Assembly: GCF_001194135.2 (NCBI RefSeq)
Contig: NC_068989.1
Location: 47,465,422 to 47,507,069, forward strand
Source: Octopus bimaculoides
Taxonomy: Eukaryota
DNA length: 41,648 nucleotides
Reading direction: 5' to 3'
The notes beneath the pieces are model-generated. The model was not told the origin of the DNA, made no database searches, and worked only from the letters and a program-made list of their open reading frames with translations. A program made the position numbers and the translations under genes. Position 1 is the stretch's first letter. Every line of letters starts with the position of its first letter. This document shows, piece by piece, positions 35,986 through 41,648 of the stretch.

Positions 35986-37064
35986 AATCATCCTCATCGT
36001 AGTCATCGTTACGGTGATCATCATCCATTCCCTCCTCTCCTTTCTTGTTCTCTACAAACTACTCCCCTTAATTATTATTATAATCATTTCTTCATCAGTT
36101 TTATGCGTACTTCCTCTACGCACCGCCACTATACAGAACTCCGTATTCCTAAGCTCTATGAAGAATTGTCTTTTAAAGATATAGGACTGTATCTGTATAT
36201 TAAATCAGTTTCGATTTACTGTGTGGTATGTTAAGCACTTTGCTTCTTGGGCATTTTTTCTGCCTTTTTTCTTAATGCCTCTTCTAGTTTGTAGACTATA
36301 TACAACGTAAACTGTGTTTGCTTGTTGTATGTTATTTGTATTTTGTACATATTGCGAGATTGGCGCTATGTTATGTAACGTTGTGTTGTGATTTGGCAGA
36401 ACATGTCACTTTCCTTGCATGTTCCACATCTGTTTTACAATCATCAACAATTACTGACCTCTATGCCAAAATACGGAGATCCATAATATTTCCTAGAAAG
36501 TGTACAGCTGTTGTTTTCTTTCGCTTTCTGTCGTAGATATATGTATATATATTTACACTTTACTCACCTATTTTCTAGCTCAGTTGAGCTTAGTCTTCAG
36601 ACACACTGTGTAGCATTGTAGCCCTGACGAAAGGATGACTGCTTTACTTGGCTTTATGGCATGTGCAAATATATATGAGCCTATGTGATGCATATCTTTC
36701 CTAGCCTTCCCTCCAGCCCTGCGTATCTTAGATATCGGACCATCACCTTCCACACAAGTTTTCATTATGTGTGTGGTGTGTCTGTGTTTTCATATATGCG
36801 CGTTTGTGTGTGCATGTTTGTGAGTGTGTTTGCGTCTGTACTCACACGCACACACGCACACACACCTAAAATAATCTTCTTAACCACACATCCATAACTC
36901 CGTCCATCAGATCATTTTTTTTTCTTTGGTGAGGTGAGGTGGTTCCAGATTGTACAAGAAACAAATATTCAACGTTGGTATGCTTTAATGATCGAGTTGA
37001 TTTCCATCTGATCGAAGTCCATAAAATAAGAACAAGAGATGTTTCAGTAAAACATCAGCCCCCT

Positions 37065-37129
37065 TCTCTCTCTCTCTCTATCCCTCTCTCTCTCCCTCTC
37101 TCTATCTCCCTCTCTCTCTCTCTCCCTCC

Positions 37130-37174
<45 letters not shown>

Positions 37175-37243
37175 TGAATCATACGGACTCATGCGCAAAT
37201 TTACAATCTATCTATCTGTCTATCTATCTATCTATCTATCTAC

Positions 37244-37293
<50 letters not shown>

Positions 37294-37300
37294 ACATATC
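37065..37300. repeat. (TC)n and (TATC)n tracts
   Basis: Direct reading. Confidence 0.93.
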
Positions 37301-37838
37301 TATCTACATATCTATCCAAATTCCGCGTCGTATTTATCCCAAATAAATGAACATTTTTTTGTCAATTATATAAATTTGTGTCTCTTTATAATTGTTGATT
37401 TAATTTTTTTCGGGAGGAGAGAATATTTTCTGCTCATTCTTTACAATACTATGAACAGAAATTGCACTTCCCGTTCATTTATTTATTTATTCGCTTTTTG
37501 CTCTTTTTGGGTTTTTTCAGCATTCTTTTTTTTTTCTTTCTAATTTGCTTGATATATTTTTAAGACTGGATATTCTGGAAAATTGTAAACCAAAAAGGAA
37601 TAAACAAACAAACAAATAAATAAATAAGAACGGACATCGAATAGCAATAGGTTTACATTGGCTGACGACAGCTGACAATAGCTGGCATTAATGGCTGTAT
37701 TAATCCCATCATGCATTATAATCTGCCACTTGACAGTTTGGAATAAAGTTTCATCTGACCTTTTCCACTTCCCCCACCCTTTTTCTCTTAAAACCCTGAT
37801 AAAATATGAAACTCACGCATGTATACACATTCATTTCT

Positions 37839-37873
<35 letters not shown>

Positions 37874-38667
37874 TGGACACGCATACATACATATACTTGC
37901 CTACGAACAAATACATAAACGTACACTCACAAACATACACACGTATTCTTTCTCTCTACATTTCGTTCTCTTTCTCTCTCTCTCTCCCTACATGTCGTTC
38001 TCTCTCTCTCTCTCTTTCTCTCTCTTTCTCGCTCTCTCTCTCTCTCTCTCTGTCTCTTTTATTTTTTCCTTTCTTTCATTCCTTTTTAAATCCAACTTTA
38101 ATAAATGCTACTAGAAAATCCATCTTAGAAAATAACAGCAAAATCAAATAAAGAAATATATAAAATATCAAACAAATAAATAATGACAACTAATTCAAAG
38201 GAAAAAAAATAAACAAAATATAATAAATATAAAATAAAATCCTAGCATAGCTAAAATGGTATTTCGTGTTGAAACGCGAAAATGTCTTTAAACAATAAGA
38301 ACAGCCAACGGCTGATTTGAAGATATATTAACATCTCAACAGAAAACAGTTCAATTGTGGATTGCTGAGTTGTACTTTCTGCTATAGAAAAGATTTTGCC
38401 CACTCTCATAGTTTAGCGCTTCATCGAACAGCCAGAAGGGCGTGGAGGTGGTGCGTGAAAGACGAAGGTTTGATTGAAATTCTATCCCATGTTAAAAATC
38501 TAACAGGTGTTGACGGCACAGTTTAAAATGCGCTTTCAAATTAAAGATCTGCAACTAGGTTTACTTTCATGACTAGGCTTGCTTCTTGTAGCCTCTATAG
38601 TCTCTCCCCGAGCCTTTTTTTAAAATTCAGTTCAATAACGTTATGTCATGAGAAGATATATTTAGTA

Positions 38668-39129
38668 GGCACAGGAGTGGCTGTGTGGTAAGTAGCTTGT
38701 TTAACCGGAGGAGTGGAATGAGGAAAATTATGATATTTTTAATTGAAATTGTTAATATATTGAAATTGTGTAAAAATTGTAATTTTAAAAGGAAAAAAAA
38801 AGAACAATGTTTTCGAGGGGTTATCAGTCGGCGGGCGCTGGTGCCTNNNNNNNNNNNNNNNNNNNNNNNNNNNNNNNNNNNNNNNNNNNNNNNNNNNNNN
38901 NNNNNNNNNNNNNNNNNNNNNNNNNNNNNNNNNNNNNNNNNNNNNNNNNNNNNNNNNNNNNNNNNGCGAAATTTATTGAAATAAAGTAGCTTGTTTACCA
39001 ACCACATGGTTCAGGGTTCAATCCCACTGCGTGGCACCTTGGGCAAGTGTCTTCTACTATAGCCTCGGGCCGACCAAAGCCTTGTGAGTGTATTTGGTAG
39101 ACGGAAACTGAAAGAAGCCCGTCGTATAT

Positions 39130-39175
<46 letters not shown>

Positions 39176-39390
39176 GTGTGTGTATGTTTGTGTGTCTGTG
39201 TTTGTCCCCCTAGCATTGCTTGACAACCGATGCTTGTGTGTTTACGTTCCTGTAATATAGCGGTTCGGCAAAAAGAGACCGATAGAATAAGTACTAGGCT
39301 TCCAAATAATAAGTCCCGGGGATCGATTTGCTCAACTAAAGGCGGTACTCAAGCATGGCCACAGTCAAATTACTGAAACAAGTAAAAGAG
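38668..39390 (+). mobile_element. CORE-like SINE, young full-length copy interrupted by an insertion
   Basis: Head GGCACAGGAGTGGCTGTGTGGTAAGTAGCTTG; B-box-like GGTTCAATCCC; CORE-like CACCTTGGGCAAGT; internal (TA)/(TG) tract; tail TGAAACAAGTAAAAGAG. Confidence 0.9.
38704..38983. mobile_element. Unidentified insertion with a 14-bp target-site duplication
   Basis: AAGTAGCTTGTTTA occurs at 38690-38703 and 38984-38997. The SINE head reads through when the intervening sequence is removed. 119 N lie inside the insert. Confidence 0.65.
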
Positions 39391-40479
39391 TATAAGCTAT
39401 TGCGGGTAAGATCATGGAAACGTGTCAAGAAATAAGGAAGCTTGAGCTAGATCACTTCTATCCCGAGGTCATGAACTTAATAAGCTTCCAAGGTCATGAA
39501 CCTAATAAATGCGTATTAAACGTTCGGATAACTAATGGCTCTGTATGCTAACCATTCGGGTAGCTGATGATAAATTGTGTAATAAAGAATCGGGGTGTTG
39601 CTGAAAAACTATGTATAATAACCACTCGGATACCGAGTAATGAACCCCACACTAACATGTCTGGTACCAAGTGAGTGAACTATAATAACTATTGGGGTAC
39701 CTGGTGTTCAACTGTACAATAGCCGTCAGGATACCTGTGTTGAACTTTAGGTATCTGAAGGTGTTATCCATCTGAAGTGTGGTATATTCCAAATGAAAAC
39801 AAACGCTTTCTTTCACTCAAAAATATCTCTTACTAAAAATCCCAGACAAGATGAGAAAAGTCCATTAGAACAAATGACATAAAATTATTTTTAAACATTT
39901 CGCAACAGGTAGTTTTTCGGTTAAAATTATTAGTTGTTTCGAAAGTTATTTGTCTTGTTTCCTTGTCACTGACACTAATTAGAAAAGTGCATTTAGACAG
40001 TATTTAAGAGTCAGGTAAATTACTTTGCCAAGTAATTAATAGTAACCAAAATAATTAGTAAGGTTTGGTTGTGTAACTGAAGGCAGTTGTGATGATTAAT
40101 ATCGTCAGAGTCGAGGATTATAATGATGGTCTGTGTCGCCAAACTGCAGACAATAGTGAATGTTTTTTGTCGCCTGAAAAGACTAGAGGTGGTTATTGTG
40201 GTCAAATAGTTATGTTTTCTTATTTTTGTCTCAGCGGATACTAACGATGATTCATATTGACAAACTAGGCTAAGACAGTTGCGAGGTTTTGTTTTGTTAA
40301 ACAGAGTAAGGTAACGGTGGATTTTACGGTCAGAGGATATAGTTTATGGTCTCTGCTGTCAAACTATTATATTGCACTTTAAAATATTTTATTAATACGT
40401 TGAAGTTCCTTGGTTTCTATTCTCGATTTGAAAACAGAAAGTTTGATTGCGGAGAATGGGATTTGGCTGTTGGTAATGA

Positions 40480-41125
40480 TGATTAAGAAAGGAAAGAGAA
40501 AATGGTGAAGAAGATCAGAATGACAGTGATTGTTATGAGAATCAGAAAGGTGCAGTTGATGGAGAGAAAGAGGATGAAGTAGAAGGATATGATAATGAGG
40601 AAGCATGACGAAGGGGAGATGAAAATATAAAACTGGAGATAACGGAGAATAAGGTGAATAGTGATGATCGTGGTAGTGATGATGACGAATAGGAGGAAGA
40701 TAAATAGAAAGTGAGGATAATAATGACAATGATAAAGATGGTACATATAATTACAAGGGAAAACAGGAACGAGATGGGTGTGGTGGTGGTGGTGGTGGTG
40801 GTGACGGTGGTGGTGACGGTGGTAGTGGTGGTGGTGGTGGTGGTGGTGGTAGTGGTGGTGGTGGTGGTGACGATGACAATGATGCTGATGATGACGATAA
40901 TGACGATGATGACAACGACGACACCGATGATGATGATGGGTTAGTGGTGGTGGTGGTGTTTGGGGGAGGAGAAGGAGAGGATGAGGTGAAAGAAAAGTTT
41001 GTTGGTGGTAATAGATGACTAAATATCCTTTGTAATATTGGAGCTGAATGCGATAGAACGGTACCAAGCACGGTAAGAAAACAGTTGTAAGTGAAAGAAA
41101 GGGAAGGGGAACAGAGAGGGAGAGG
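40480..41125. repeat. Purine-rich low-complexity region with (GGT)n and (GAT/GAC)n tracts
   Basis: Direct reading; the (GGT)n core is at about 40780-40870. Confidence 0.9.
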
Positions 41126-41319
41126 ATTAAGAAGCTTATCACGCATAAGGGTTAGCTCCGAATAGTATTGTTTGATAGTAATGTGATAGATATTAGATAG
41201 ATAGAATAGTTGGCCTTCATTTCGTCCTTAGCGTATAATGTGTGCATAAAGGAGGGATAAGTTGAATAGATGAGTGGATAGATTTAGAGGACATATACTC
41301 ATTGTGTTCAGTGTAGTGT

Positions 41320-41648
41320 GGAGGCGCAATGGCCCAGTGGTTAGGGCAGCGGACTCGCGGTTTCTATTCCCAGACCGGGCGTTGTGAGTGTTTATTGAGC
41401 GAAAACACCTAAAGCTCCACGAGGCTCCGGCAGGGGTTGGTGGCGAACCCTGCTATACTCTTTCACCACAACTTTCTCTTACTTTATCTTCCTGTTTCTG
41501 TTGTGCCTGTAATTCAAAGGGTCAGCCTTGTCACATTGTGTCACGCTGAATATCCCCGAGAACTATGTTAAAGGTACACGTGTCTGTGGAGTGCTCAGCC
41601 ACTTGCACGTTAATTTCACGAGCAGGCTGTTCCGTTGATCGGATCAAC
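41320..41648 (+). mobile_element. Second copy of the Ceph-like SINE (runs off the window end)
   Basis: Highly similar to 14070-14412, with a 14-nt deletion between CGGT microhomologies in the tRNA region. Confidence 0.9.

Noticed and set aside
36628-36660. CTGACGA motif as a hammerhead
   Set aside because: No stem II followed by GAAA.
38966-38990. GCGAAA followed by a TTTAT/ATAAA hairpin as a hammerhead 3' half
   Set aside because: Stem III pairing is out of register, the hairpin overlaps the TSD, and the CUGANGA box would lie in the gap.
40483-41146. Poly-Pro (formin-like) and poly-His ORFs
   Set aside because: Antisense translation of a (GGT)n/(GAT)n microsatellite; no flanking domain.

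Overview
AT-rich eukaryotic DNA, full of microsatellites and retroposons, with roughly 6 kb (about 15%) of N gaps, most flanked by simple repeats. This pattern fits a short-read draft assembly. The SINE families and repeat landscape resemble an octopus (coleoid cephalopod) genome; this is recognition, not a database result. I can support no intact host protein-coding gene, and almost every long ORF in the track is an N-gap or microsatellite artefact. Supported content: (1) a decayed Ginger1-type DNA transposon (about 4365-6673) whose Gypsy-like integrase is fused to an OTU protease domain and which ends in a repeat-rich terminus followed by CCGG; (2) decayed LINE fragments of the R4/Dong (x2), RTE (x2) and CR1-like (x2) clades; (3) a mariner transposase remnant; (4) three tRNA-derived SINE families; (5) Penelope-like remnants with hammerhead-ribozyme motifs. 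The least explained signals are three fold-back/inverted-duplication structures within 6 kb (24.4, 25.5 and 30.2 kb), two with small hairpins at their junctions; an unidentified TSD-flanked insertion inside a SINE (38.7 kb); and a run of minus-strand splice-like signals at 1.9-3.4 kb. There are no CRISPR arrays, rRNA genes or prokaryotic systems.
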